Source: Microthyrium microscopicum (lineage: Eukaryota). Taken from it: 31,615 nt of DNA. Below the pieces are notes generated by a model. That model ran no database searches. It saw nothing but the letters and a program-made list of their open reading frames with translations, and was not told the origin of the DNA. The position numbers and the translations under genes were made by a program. The stretch's first letter is position 1. Every line of letters starts with the position of its first letter. The stretch covers positions 1,057,895-1,089,509 of the forward strand of contig MU004244.1 in NCBI GenBank assembly GCA_010405405.1, given 5' to 3'. This document shows positions 20,647 to 31,615 of the stretch, in pieces.

Positions 20647-23066
20647 GTTGATTGATTTGTTGAGTTTGAAAAAGGATTAACTTAAGGAATGGCTGAATTG
20701 AATTGATTCGATTTGGTTGGAAGAGAAACTCTAAAGCATTGGGGAACTCTGAATTATATACAACTATGGCCTGCCCAGGTTTTTGATACCCGGGCCTTCC
20801 CACGTATCTTGCTCACTCATTCCACAACCTGTGAGCTGCTCATGTCGCCACGCGGCAACAAATGATCCCTAATTCTTGCTAGATAATATGTAACCTTACA
20901 GTGATCCTCCGCTTGAACAGAAGATATGAGATTATTGTTGAAGCTCTGACCATGGGACAGATGGCACTGGCCCTCGAGGCCCCTGATAGACCACTTTAGA
21001 TAATATAGATAATGTCACTAGGAGGATCAAACGTGTGGAGCTTGGACTGAATGACAGCTGTTTAGCGTGTGCAATCGCAATAGCCTCATGTCATATGGGA
21101 CTGGATCAGAATGACATCTCGTATCCGTCTTCTTACACGATCACTGAAACCTATCTTGGCTACAATACGTACGGGACTAACAGAAACAGAAAAGGATATT
21201 ATCTATGACCAAAACGATCGGAAGCTCTCCATTTACTCTATCAGATCTTTTTTTTCCATGATAGGATACGCGACAAGATAACCTAAACACAATCATATGA
21301 AAGCCATCGTCCTGGAAAATGATTCCACAAACCTTGTCATTGAGATGCCAGTTACTACGCGCGCGTGGAGAGCCCAAGAGGCAGTCAAATCACCGAGCTG
21401 GAAGTACAATATGGGAAGCAATATAATATCTGCTCAAGTCTCCGTCACTCCGAGATGCAGTCGACCTGTTACAGATTGACTACAATTCCCACCCAGCCAG
21501 GATTTTCGCTGTCTGCTACTGGACCACGAGACGTGTATCCAAGATCATGCATCCCCAAGAGCATAGCATCTATAGTTCCTACATGCTAAGATCTAGATTG
21601 GTTGGTGGAGATGTAGCGGAACTGTGCACTGCTAATGACTCGCTATAGGCCACAATATAGAACCGTATCCCTGGACTTGTACCTGGATTTAGGCAAAATG
21701 ACAAGCTAGATTTGGTTGAGCCCTAACGTAGTTCTGTGTACAAGAAATAGGACTCTGATTTGCACCTGGGCTGGCCTGGTCCATTTCTCTACAACGATGC
21801 TCTCTGTGCGAATTGCTTGTAAATATCAAGTGTGGGCAAAAAGACTTGGCCTTATGATCATTGACAAGGCAAATGAGCTTCAAGTCCAATGACAACAGCG
21901 CCGAGAGGTAGATCAAACTGCTTGTATAATATTTCATCTATATAGCTGTTCAGATGATAGCGAAGATTCTAGGGGTGGAAAATCTTTTCGCCATTGACGC
22001 ATTGTACTCTTGTTTCTTCCTCGTGGCTCGCTTTAGATCGAAGATAACTCGTTGATTAGATCGTCCGGTGGCAATGGGCATGACGATACTTTGTTGAGGT
22101 ACAGTCACTCTACTGACAGTTTGAGCTGGGAGCACCAGGCAGCCAGGGCTAACAACAGACTTGTGATGGCATTTTAATATCTGGAATTGTACATTACAAG
22201 GTTCGTGAAGATAGATCAAGATAGCCGATGAGCGCAAATTTGACTTATGGGAAAGCCCGAAGGCGGATATGGAATGTCATTTTGTTTTTCTGGGAGTCAT
22301 TCTGAAGTCTAATCTTTGGACTGATGTCAAAACTACTAATGATCGCTGGTGGGTTCCATAATAGTGGAAAATCGGAAGTATTTCCCAAAGCAATAGTAGC
22401 CTGCCTTCGGCTCTTGAGACTGCCGACGAAGTGTAAGGCTGAAAGGCAAATGGTGGATGAGTAGTCCTTGCGAATGGTGTGAATAGTGTTGAGATACCAC
22501 ATGGATCATGCTGTGGCGCCTTCGTACGCTACTGCTTGAAAATTCTAGGTCATCCTTCAGTATAGATACCTATATCTAGAACCCAGCTTTGTTTTCGTAC
22601 TGATTGAATAGAGCATACATCTTACCTGGTTTCAGTCAAGAAAATCTTGGAGGCATGAACGAGGAGCGTGATTGGTCTGCAATATCGCCTCCAATATTAC
22701 CAACTGCCATCATGATCATAGATCTTTTTGCCAGGGACGGTGATCGTTGATTCGACCTACGCTTCTAGAACATGATCTCTACTCGTTCCTTGAAGTATCC
22801 GGCCTCATCCCATGAGGTAATTGCCTCAAGCTCATCTCCGCTGAGCTTGTCATATAAGCGAAGGTACTATTCGTCACCCGGCATGCAAATGGAAGCGAAT
22901 ATTTGATATGATCATGTCAAGTCATTTCAGTTTTGATATTCCATGCTTTTAACTTTGGTCAAGACAAATTACCGATCTATAAAGGATCGCCAAAGCTGTA
23001 TCGACCCTGTACATCATGGACAAGGACCATCAATCTACCACGCTTAGAGCCCACTCGTTGCCAACT

Positions 23067-23624
23067 CTACTTCTCCAGCTTTTTGGCCAGATCGGCTAGG
23101 GCCTCTTGGCGCTTGTACTTTGCATCTTCGATGACATCTAAGAGCTAGGGATTAGTTTGCAGCAGTAAATAGGTCGCGAGACTTGCCAGCAGATGCGTCA
23201 CTGGAGAAGTTGCCAGTCCAAACGATGAAGGTGTGTCCCTCATTCTTGCCGGTGGTGATGGGGTAGAGACGGATGGTAGAGACGACTGAAGTGTACGTCA
23301 AGGCTGGCTGGGCCGTGATGACGGAGTAGGTGATGAAATGGTCAAGGCTCTGATATTGGTTAGTACAAGCTCATTTCCGGATACCAGACTGGAACTTTTG
23401 GTTCATACCGAATGCTCTTCCTGTTTGATCTCAAGAACAGTGCCATCTTTGAAAGCCCATTTGACGACATCAGTCTCTGGTGAAGTGCCTTTGACAACCT
23501 CGCTCTTGTCTAGACGGCTCCAGAAGGTGGGGAAGTCATTGAGCTTGATCAAGTGCCAGACTTTGGCGAGAGGAGCCGCGATGACAGCGCTCTCACGAAC
23601 GCCAGAGGAAGTTGGGACAGACAT
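23067..23624 (-). CDS. Bet v1-like / SRPBCC (polyketide cyclase/dehydrase-like) protein, ~149 aa; exons 23624-23409, 23349-23187 and 23137-23067
   Basis: The spliced protein reads ESAVIAAPLAKVWHLIK..KQEEHS|SLDHFITYSVITAQP..STIRLYPIT..TFIVWTGNFSSDASA|DVIEDAKYKRQEALADL, a typical START/SRPBCC pattern. Intron 1 (23408-23350) is GT-AG and intron 2 (23186-23138) is GC-AG. Confidence 0.9.
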
Positions 23625-25001
23625 GTTTTGGTTTCTTCTAGTTGTTGTTGGTACTGTTTGGATTTTGTAGTGGGAGATGACGGAAAGTCGTATTGTTCTG
23701 AGAAGAGAAACCGAGGGGTTGAAGTACTTGTTATTTTGCCTAATACGGATAGTTACAGCAGGAGCGTATGAAGCGTTTGTTCTTTCTCCCTTCCGTGACT
23801 TGACCGACGGCAAGCGACTCCTTGATGCCTCCGGTCGTTAAGGATGTGGTTGGATAAAAAGACCACCATGACGTACATGATCTTGATCTGCAACAACTTC
23901 CCCACCCCTTTCTTGTCATCTTGTACAATGTTGTGTAAATCGGACATTTTATATGTGGTACAAGCACAAATCCCTAGGTCAGCGACTTTGGGGCCGATTT
24001 GGAAGTTGTAAGACAATCCCGAAGCATACCACTCAACCGCTCTGCCAGCTATCACCACAGCAGTGACGGTTCACTTGTAACACCGCGGCGGGAGACCACA
24101 TGCGACACTGGTTGCAATTGCCAACAGACCATATTAACTCAGTGGGTGATAACCAAAGGACAGTACAGTATTCTGCCATTGCAGTGAACCTTGAAAGACT
24201 TCGGCCTTCGATTGTATTGACGGCATTTTCCCCACAGAGCTCAAGTGGTGCCAATGCTGCTCCATTTTTATGCAACGATGTCAGATCAGGGTCCATCTAG
24301 ACGCTGGAGCATCAACGTCTCGGCAGCAGCCGTTGAGCCGCATGTTAGCAAACGTTTCACACTAGCAACAAAAGCCCTCCGTACCAAAAGCCCGGTCAAT
24401 GGCAGAATGGATAGCACTGGACAAGACACGGTGAATAAATCTGGGGAGCTAAGGGACCGTGAAGTCCCGCCGTCAATATATCAGAGCGTGAACAATTCCG
24501 CTCACATATGCGAAACGATGACAGCACACAGAGGGTTTGTGAGCCACAGGATGGCTGATAGGCTGTCCTGTGGCTTCAAAAACGTACCTCTTCCATGCAT
24601 ATATCTCGTTGCCTGAATGGTAGTCTTCGAATGACTCCTCTGTGACAAGGGATTCCGTGCTAGCAACGAGTGTCCAAGACTCCAAGAAGGCGAGAATACG
24701 CAGACTGTAGACACGAAACCGCGGAACACGCGTCAATTCGCGTTAAGGTTCATCAGATGAGCCGATGCCTGGAGATGGTGTAAGATAGGATTGGAGAAGA
24801 ACGATTGGCTAAACAGGCCGCGAAGGCAGAAGACAAGAGAGGAACGCGTATGTTATTCTACAACCGCCTGTCGTCAACTGCGAATGTTTATTTTGAAGGT
24901 AGGATTCCAAGGATTTACCAGCAAAATAGAGGACTGTCAGTGCAAAAGCCACACGGCTTGGACTTGGCGAGGTGTTGAAGCGTGGTTGGTTGCACCTAGA
25001 C

Positions 25002-25025
25002 GGTGGTGGTGGTGGTGGTGATGGT
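25002..25025 (+). repeat. (GGT)6 microsatellite with degenerate extension
   Basis: The sequence GGTGGTGGTGGTGGTGGTGATGGT is read directly, upstream of the VHS-GAT gene. Confidence 0.85.
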
Positions 25026-25357
25026 TGCTGCCGCTCCTCTTGCGCTCCAACGTCCTTGAACACCATCTTTTCCATCCTTCAGCTCCTTCTTACACCTTTT
25101 CCTGTTTTCATGCATATATTTCGACCCGCCGCGCACATCTACATAGAGCTCCGCTTGCACTCTCTTGCGCGCCCACAATAGTCGTTGTTCGTCATACTCA
25201 TCGGCCGAAGTCATCTACAAGGAATATCGCCTAGACCCTCGCCTGACCCGCATCTGCGCCCCCTCAATAAACACCCACTCTCGTAAACCTCAGAATCGCC
25301 AATCTCTACTAGATTTACATCTGTAACATTCTAGTCGTTGCGCACGATCACACCATC

Positions 25358-27048
25358 ATGAAGCGGTTTACCAGTATCCTTAAGCAGAAGAATCGTGAGT
25401 GTATGGTGCAGCCAAAGACAAATACATGGCTAAGGCTTTTCTAGCATTCGATTCGCGAAGCAATAGTGGCTCTTCCGAGCTTCCAGCTCCTGAAGGTGAT
25501 AATCCGGAGGCCAATGCTGCTCGAAGTATTGTATGTTGCTTCTTTCGCTCTACGATCAGGCTGAGCATGACTAACTGCTACTAGAAACTCTTCTGCGAAG
25601 CTGGTGGGCCCAGCGCCGTAAGTGGATGAACGATATTTCCTCACCAGTATATCCACTAACAACAATTGCAGGAAGGCCAAGGTGAAGAAGTGCTGCATCT
25701 TCCAGTCATCGTCGATGCCTGCGAATCCTCTCCCGCCGCTGCGGGTCTCGCTGCCCAACATATTCGCAAATACCTGTCCATGAGCAACTCCTCCCGACCT
25801 CATACACAATACAATTCTGTCATGCTTATTCGAATCTTGGCCGACAACCCAGGTGCTACGTTCACACGCAATTTTGATTCCAAGTTTATTGCTACTATGA
25901 AAGATGTGCTGCGCCATTGCAAGGACCCAAGCGTTCAGCAGATACTCAGGGAAACTTTGATGTCCTTGTACAGAGACAAGGCATATGATACTAATCTTTC
26001 CAACTTATTTGCCATGTGGCAGAAAGAGAGTGGTATGTCACGGCCACCAGGAGGCTCAGGAGACCGAAGCAACGGCTCTTCAACTGTTCAAGGACCAGGC
26101 GGATTCGCACTTCCTGGCCCTCCACCGGGCTATCCTCCTCGTCCAGGCAAGGCCCTACCTGCTCCTCCTGAGCTGGCCGCGCGCATCGAAGAGGCTCGAA
26201 CAAGCGCCAAGCTACTCCAACAGCTCGTACAATCAACACCGCAAGCTGAGCTCAAAAATAACGACTTGATCAAAGAATTCGCTGAACGATGCCAATCCGC
26301 CCAACGCTCAGTTCAGGGCTACATCAGCGCGGAAAATCCCGCCCCTGACGACGACACCATGCAGACCCTCATCGAAACCACCGAGCAACTCAGCCTCGCC
26401 CTCTCCAAACATTCGCGAGCCCTCCTTCAAGCTCGCCGCGCTCAATCCTCCACTCCAACACCAACACCTCCCCCGACCAACAACTCGGCATTTGCACCTC
26501 CTTCCGGCCCACCGCCCGGTTTCGTCCCCAGTGCTGGTCTCGGCATCTCCGACCATCCTATTCCCAACTCCAACCTCGCGTACGACACTTCCATGCCCAT
26601 CACCCACCCAGCGGAATCCTACTCGCCTCCTCCGCTCCCACCACCATCCCTCGCCCGCCGTGAAGTTGCCGCCGCGCCTGACCATAGCTACTCACCACCA
26701 CCGCTACCTCCGCCATCACACAACGCGCAGACAACAGCAACGGGCTTCTCGCGCCCGCCTGTACCAGTAGGCTTGCCAGATCAGCACGATGATCCTTTTG
26801 CAGATGCGCACGAAGAGGGTGGTGACACTACTGCGCCACTGCCCGATACTGGGTTGCCGCATTCAGGCCGGCCGGGCTATAACAACGTGACGCCGTCGTA
26901 CGTCAGAAGGCAAGACAGTGCGGAGGAGCATTTGACGATGCATGGTGGGAGTCCGCCTGTAAGCCCAGAGCGTAGTCGCGTGAATGTGGCAGATGGGAGG
27001 AATAGGACGCCAGTGAGCCCTGTGTATCCTGAAGATCCAAAGCGGTAG
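25358..27048 (+). CDS. VHS/ENTH-like plus GAT domain protein (Lsb5/Tom1-like trafficking adaptor), ~510 aa; exons 25358-25394, 25445-25530, 25585-25617 and 25672-27048
   Basis: Three canonical introns (50, 54 and 54 nt) keep the frame. The VHS-like part reads EEVLHLPVIVDACESSP..QYNSVMLIRILADNPG. The GAT-like part reads ELAARIEEARTSAKLL..NDLIKEFAERC..TLIETTEQLSLAL. The Pro-rich tail has a duplicated SYSPPPLPPPS and a DPF motif. Confidence 0.88.
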
Positions 27049-27270
27049 AGCAGTCTTCAAAATACGTGGTGGGAAGAAATGAGGACAGGAGCGCGGCTGG
27101 TTGGTAGCATTTGAAGTAGGCGGTGGACGAGAACTTTATTTGTTGTTTTTTGGAAGATAACCCCTATATCGATCATAATCCTTGACTGTACATGTGTGTT
27201 TATAGCGTTTTCGCCAAAAAAATTAGTTCTTACATTACATTATCAAAACATATGCACAACTACATCCCAT

Positions 27271-30200
27271 CTACTTCTTTTGATCTATAAAATCAGCACC
27301 CTCTCTGAAAGCCACAGTCTTCTTCTCCCCACTCGCTGGCTCCACCTCTAATCCGCCAACGAGCCATGAGCTGGCAACTTCCAAACCAGCAGCAAATACA
27401 CACAATGCACTGACGATGCAAAATCTGCTTATCGTCTCGCCAATCTCTAGCCAACTACCTTCGTCACGCACCATCCAGAAGAAGTTGAGTGTGAGCCAGT
27501 CGCCAGCTACAATCAACCCCATGAAGAGCGCGCCCGGCGCAAAGCCGAGCCGCTGGTTTAACATGCCCATTGCCGCACTTAGCACGGCAAATGGAACTAG
27601 TATTTTGAAGATCAGTAGTGCGCCTTGGGAGAAAGGGTCGAAGACGGGGATTAGACGGTACACAGCGTCGAGACTGAAACTGCTGATGGATGCTATGTTG
27701 CCTGTGCTGAAGAACGCTGATTGCAGGAGATACAATGTGAACAGCGAGGGCCGGACATCGGCTAGGGTTAGTGGTCGGTGAGCTGGAGATGCCATGGCGC
27801 CATTTGCTTGGGCCACGGGTGGTGAGAGAGCGGCTACATGTCGATATATTAGATGTTCGAGACGGACCCAGGTGAGGAGGGTGAGGGAGAAGGCGATGTA
27901 GAAGAGTCCTTCGTAGGAGATGGTGAGGATGACGAAGGAGGGGGCAAAGGCGAGGAAGAGGATTAGGAGGCGGTGGAGGTAGTGGTTGATGGGGTCTAGA
28001 GTGTGGAGGAAGGGGACTCCGAGGGAGGCGACTGGGACGTGTTAGTGTGTGTATATCATATGGGCTAAGTAACGTACTCATTGTTAGCCAGCCGACTATT
28101 TGTGTGCCTAGGGGCAAGCCTTGTTTTGCTTGGAGTGAGGTTGCTGCTGAGTATGTCGATACCATGGAGAGCATTACCAGTCCAATCTACTAATGTTACA
28201 AATGGTTGTTTAAAAACCATAGAGGGACACTTACCTGGAGTCCGATCACACATCTCGATAGGGTTCCTTTGGAGACTGAGTGACCAAGGATTGAGTCTTC
28301 AAGCACAAGGTATAAAACGCCGACCAAGACCATAAGGACGCCTCCCGCCATGCTGTCTAGAGTTAAAGATGACCCTTGTGAGTTGCTAGCCTTGACTTAC
28401 ACCATGGAAAGGTTCTCCACCTTATTTGCCGGAAGTAAGGTGAAGGCACTCATACTTAGACTGGCCACAGCCCAAGTGGAAGCGACTAAAAAGTTTTTAC
28501 GAAGGAAATCGCTGCCATAAAATACTGGCCATACAACTGCAATCGCATAGCAGATCGAATAGATAGTGCGATTGCTATAACTCCATACCTAACCCGGTTA
28601 GCACAACAGACAAAATATGGAAATAGTAGACGTACCAATGCTTGTAAGAGTCCCATAAACGCCAATGCCTGAAAGAGCAGTGATGACCGGTCCGCTTTGG
28701 AGGAGAATTTGTTGAAAAGAACCTCTTTGCCTTTGATTAATGTGTTTCGCATGGCAAAGGTTTCTTCCCAGAAAAAAACTGGGAATATGACATAGAAATA
28801 ATACGTGATAGGCGAGTGTTCAGCCAGCAGGTATGAAAACAAAAGTATGAGAGTGGAAGAGAAGAAGATGTTCGATGCCGTCGATCGACGTGGTGGTACA
28901 GAGCCATGAAGAACATGAATATCGATAATAGCAGTGAGGCCGAATGCCATCCAGCCTAGATATCCAGCGGTTACAACCGTTCGGAGGAATAGCCAGTTGT
29001 AAGTCTGAAGGTATCTCAAGCCTTCTAATCCAAGTTTAATGAGACTTGCGCAGTCAGCAGTCGCTTCCTTAGTACGACCACGATCAATGGCATTCTCAAT
29101 AGCTGCAAGTCTGGCAGGTATAGTGTGCTCTGCACCAATGAACTCAGGATACGGCTTGAATCTGATTGATGCTGAGCGTTTTTGTTCTTCCTTAACGAGA
29201 TACATTTCCAGAATCTCGCGGGCATTGGTAAGAATGGCCTTTGCTTTGACTTTTGGACTGGCACTAAGATAACTCAATGGAAGTTCGCCGACAGAATTCA
29301 CCGGAAAAGGGAGCCCAGCGAGGTAGGCCATTAGAGCGGCAACGTCTGCTTGAGAAACATCATGCCTCTGGACGCTGTCGAGATCCCAATCCGCAGAGAA
29401 GCAGTCTTCGTGGCCTGGTGCTTTGCCTAGAAATTTTGTGACTGGCTTAGCTACTCCAGATCCCCAGGTAATCAGTGGTGTGCGTGTATTATCAGGATGC
29501 CCATCGCCATGACTGCCCCAATCACTCATGCCATGATCTGCAGTAAAGACATATGCGGTTTGTCCATCATCGTTGTAAAAGTCTTCCATAAGTGCAACAA
29601 TCTCCTTGACACCCTGGTCTACAACTTTGATATTATGGAGGTATTCCTTGGAGTATGGGCGATATGAATGACCAGTTGTGTCCAATCCAAGCAGATGGAG
29701 AAAAAACACAAGTTTGTCCTGGCGTAGCTGATCGCCCAACGTCTCGTTCTTTTTGGCTTCGGCGAAGAATGCTTTGACTTTGTCAAAAACCCAGAGATCC
29801 AGTTCAACCGCATCAGTAGAGAAGTCCTCTGCTTCGTGACCGTACATGTCAACATCAATGCGACCGTCCACAGCACCATCCTTGAACATTGGCAGAATGT
29901 CCGGACTTCCCCAGCTCCATGTATGCCGACTCTTGTTGAACACACTATCGAAATCCACGGGGTTGTGCTTCCATCCAGTGGTGACTGCCGATACATCCTC
30001 ATACAAGCCAGCTATTAGTGCTACATGGCCAGGTCGAGACTCGGTGGGTACACGAGTGTGGGAGACGCCAAAGGTTCCTTCCTTCAGTATTTTGGATCGT
30101 AAAAAGGGCATAAGATGGCGAGGTATTTTCGATTCTGGGTCGTTGGGGTCGGAAGGGGAGGGATCTGGGAAAGACTGAAAGGCTTTGTCGGCGCGCAATC

Positions 30201-30424
30201 CATCTCCTATATGCTGTTAGAATTGCGGAACACAAGTTTGAGGGGGACTTCAAACCAACGAAGAGAATCAATCGTTTTGCTGGTGCTGGTTCGTCTGGAA
30301 TCTCATATTCGCGCATGCCATGGACAATGGGGCTCGTGAAATATGTGTCGAAGACGGAATATACGTATATCAGATGGAAAATGACGGCGATGGCTAGGAA
30401 GCCATTGCGCCCAAGTCGGGCCAT
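27271..30424 (-). CDS. MCD4: GPI ethanolamine phosphate transferase 1 (Mcd4/PIG-N), ~971 aa; exons 30424-30256, 30206-28636, 28588-28401, 28352-28235, 28186-28078 and 28031-27271
   Basis: Motifs: FTSPIVHGM, AKRLILFVG|DGLRADK, SHTRVPTESRPGHVALIAGLYED, LHLLGLDTTGH, TADHGMSDWGSHGDG, and the PigN C-terminus FFSTGNIASISSF..VRDEGSWLEIG. Five introns of 46-49 nt keep the frame; intron 1 has a weak GTTTGA donor. Confidence 0.96.
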
Positions 30425-31139
30425 GACGAAAGGAGTGTAGCAGTGAACCAAAGGAGAGAAAGGGTATATCGAGTCCGAATATGTTAGCGACTCATTGCAT
30501 AGTGGGATGATGTGGTGCAAGAGTGAAGATGAAGGTCTCAACTTCGTAGAATATATTTGGAGATACAGACGCGGAGCAGGGATGTAGCGGTTGTGGCGCG
30601 TCTGCATCCACGTGGAGATCCTTCAACCACCATTTGATATTCGTCCATCGTGAGATAGTTCTTCATATATACTATCTTATAAATCTTGCTCATAGCATAT
30701 TGTTCAACAGTTTTTCGGTCTCGCTTCAAATACACTAGCTCCACATTCTGATCAAGAACAAATTCCTTGAACCGTTTCTTATTTCGTAGTAAATTTAGTC
30801 TTGATAATCGATTATTTCTTGCTTCACAATTACAGTATTGGGCCCTGAGAAATCGAAATTAGGGAGAAATTTGTTTGCCGTGCTGATTAAGTCAGAAGCA
30901 AGTCTGGGCGAGGACTATATGTATAAATCCATGGTAATTTGCTGATAATCTGGTCCGTTGAACTTTGAAAAGAGTGCTGAAATCGTTGGAGTTCTTAACG
31001 AGCTTAGGATAAGGCTCTAGCCCAATTCAGCTTTGCTGTCTTTAAGCTAAAACGCATAAGTTCGAAGAATACCACCTGATCGGTATTGCAAAAGCATAAT
31101 AATAGACAAAATAAAATATGAAAATTTAACACTGCGATA

Positions 31140-31449
31140 GGGGAGGGTTAGCAAACGAAATTCTGCAACATTCATTTGCAGATCTTTACCCAAGATAGCT
31201 AGTAAACGAATTCGAGCAGTTGCCGCTAGACCTGAGGTCTAGCGGCAACTTCTCAAAAACTTCTCCTCGAAAAGGTATAGCGCCGAAATTCATAGCTTAT
31301 CATTGGTTTGTCCGTTGAGACTGGCTTTGGCTAGATAGATTGTGGATTAAATAAGGTTATGTGCTAGAGCTATAAAAGCCTAGCAGACCTGCTTTTGGTT
31401 AGAACACGAGCAAACAAATGTTGCACGATTTCGTTTGCTAACCCTCCCC
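31140..31449. mobile_element. Non-autonomous DNA transposon (MITE), 310 bp, probably PIF/Harbinger-like
   Basis: The left end GGGGAGGGTTAGCAAACGAAATTCTGCAACATTCATTTGC (31140-31179) matches the reverse complement of 31410-31449 at 36 of 40 positions, with the outer 22 bp perfect. The element is flanked by a direct ATA (31137-31139 and 31450-31452) and has no ORF. Confidence 0.88.
31218..31250. repeat. Perfect palindrome (16-bp arms, 1-nt spacer) inside the MITE
   Basis: The sequence AGTTGCCGCTAGACCT-G-AGGTCTAGCGGCAACT is read directly. Confidence 0.95.
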
Positions 31450-31615
31450 ATAAGGACTACCAGATCTGTTCAACTCGATGTCTGGTCTGGATTTTTTTTT
31501 TGTTGGCATTGTGTTTTTGAGGGAATTGAACTCAGCCTAAGCAACATACCGTAATTGTTAATTGACTTTTGACCGATCATGTGAACACGCGGAGAGACGC
31601 GTTCTATGACGCTCA

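Noticed and set aside
23700..25300. Many 60-120 aa ORFs between the Bet v1-like and VHS-GAT genes
   Set aside because: They show no domain signal or consistent splice pattern and often have non-ATG starts; the interval is best explained as a divergent promoter and UTRs.
27464..28174. 236-aa Pro-rich minus-strand ORF
   Set aside because: It is MCD4 exon 5 read through the intron into the wrong frame of exon 6.
29999..30607. 202-aa ORF as a separate gene or N-terminal extension
   Set aside because: It contains MCD4 exon 1 (ATG 30424 matches the usual Mcd4 N-terminus) plus intron read-through.
31145..31151. Telomere-like GGGTTAG
   Set aside because: A single unit within the MITE TIR, not a tandem array.
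1..31615. CRISPR array, prokaryotic operon or defence system, rRNA/tRNA, or secondary-metabolite cluster
   Set aside because: The DNA is intron-containing fungal sequence. I saw no repeat-spacer array, no rRNA/tRNA signatures, and no PKS/NRPS/DUF3328 genes near the peptide precursor.

Overview
This is gene-dense eukaryotic DNA from a filamentous ascomycete (Pezizomycotina-type). The evidence is 46-61 nt GT-AG introns with CTAAC/CTAAT branch points. Manual splicing gives 12 protein-coding genes: a conserved fungal hypothetical protein (DPELW...GDCLIHL family), a long coiled-coil protein with a C-terminal membrane anchor, the HRQ1 helicase, a nucleolar RRM protein, a PHD/AT-hook protein, a secreted Thr/Val-repeat protein, a conserved acidic hypothetical protein, an HDHD3-like HAD hydrolase, a small secreted His-motif repeat precursor, a Bet v1/SRPBCC protein with a GC-AG intron, a VHS-GAT adaptor, and MCD4. 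A 310-bp MITE (40-bp TIRs, ATA target duplication, internal palindrome) lies near the right end. The most interesting unexplained signals are: (i) the Kex2-type precursor of two peptides that each start HxPD and end GGHSHxH, with GCTCA (copper-response-like) motifs upstream; (ii) an oversized, structured intron in the HAD gene with H/ACA-like features and bipartite complementarity to 18S rRNA; (iii) a 13-bp inverted repeat flanking that same gene. No database search or folding was run, so family names come from motif recognition.
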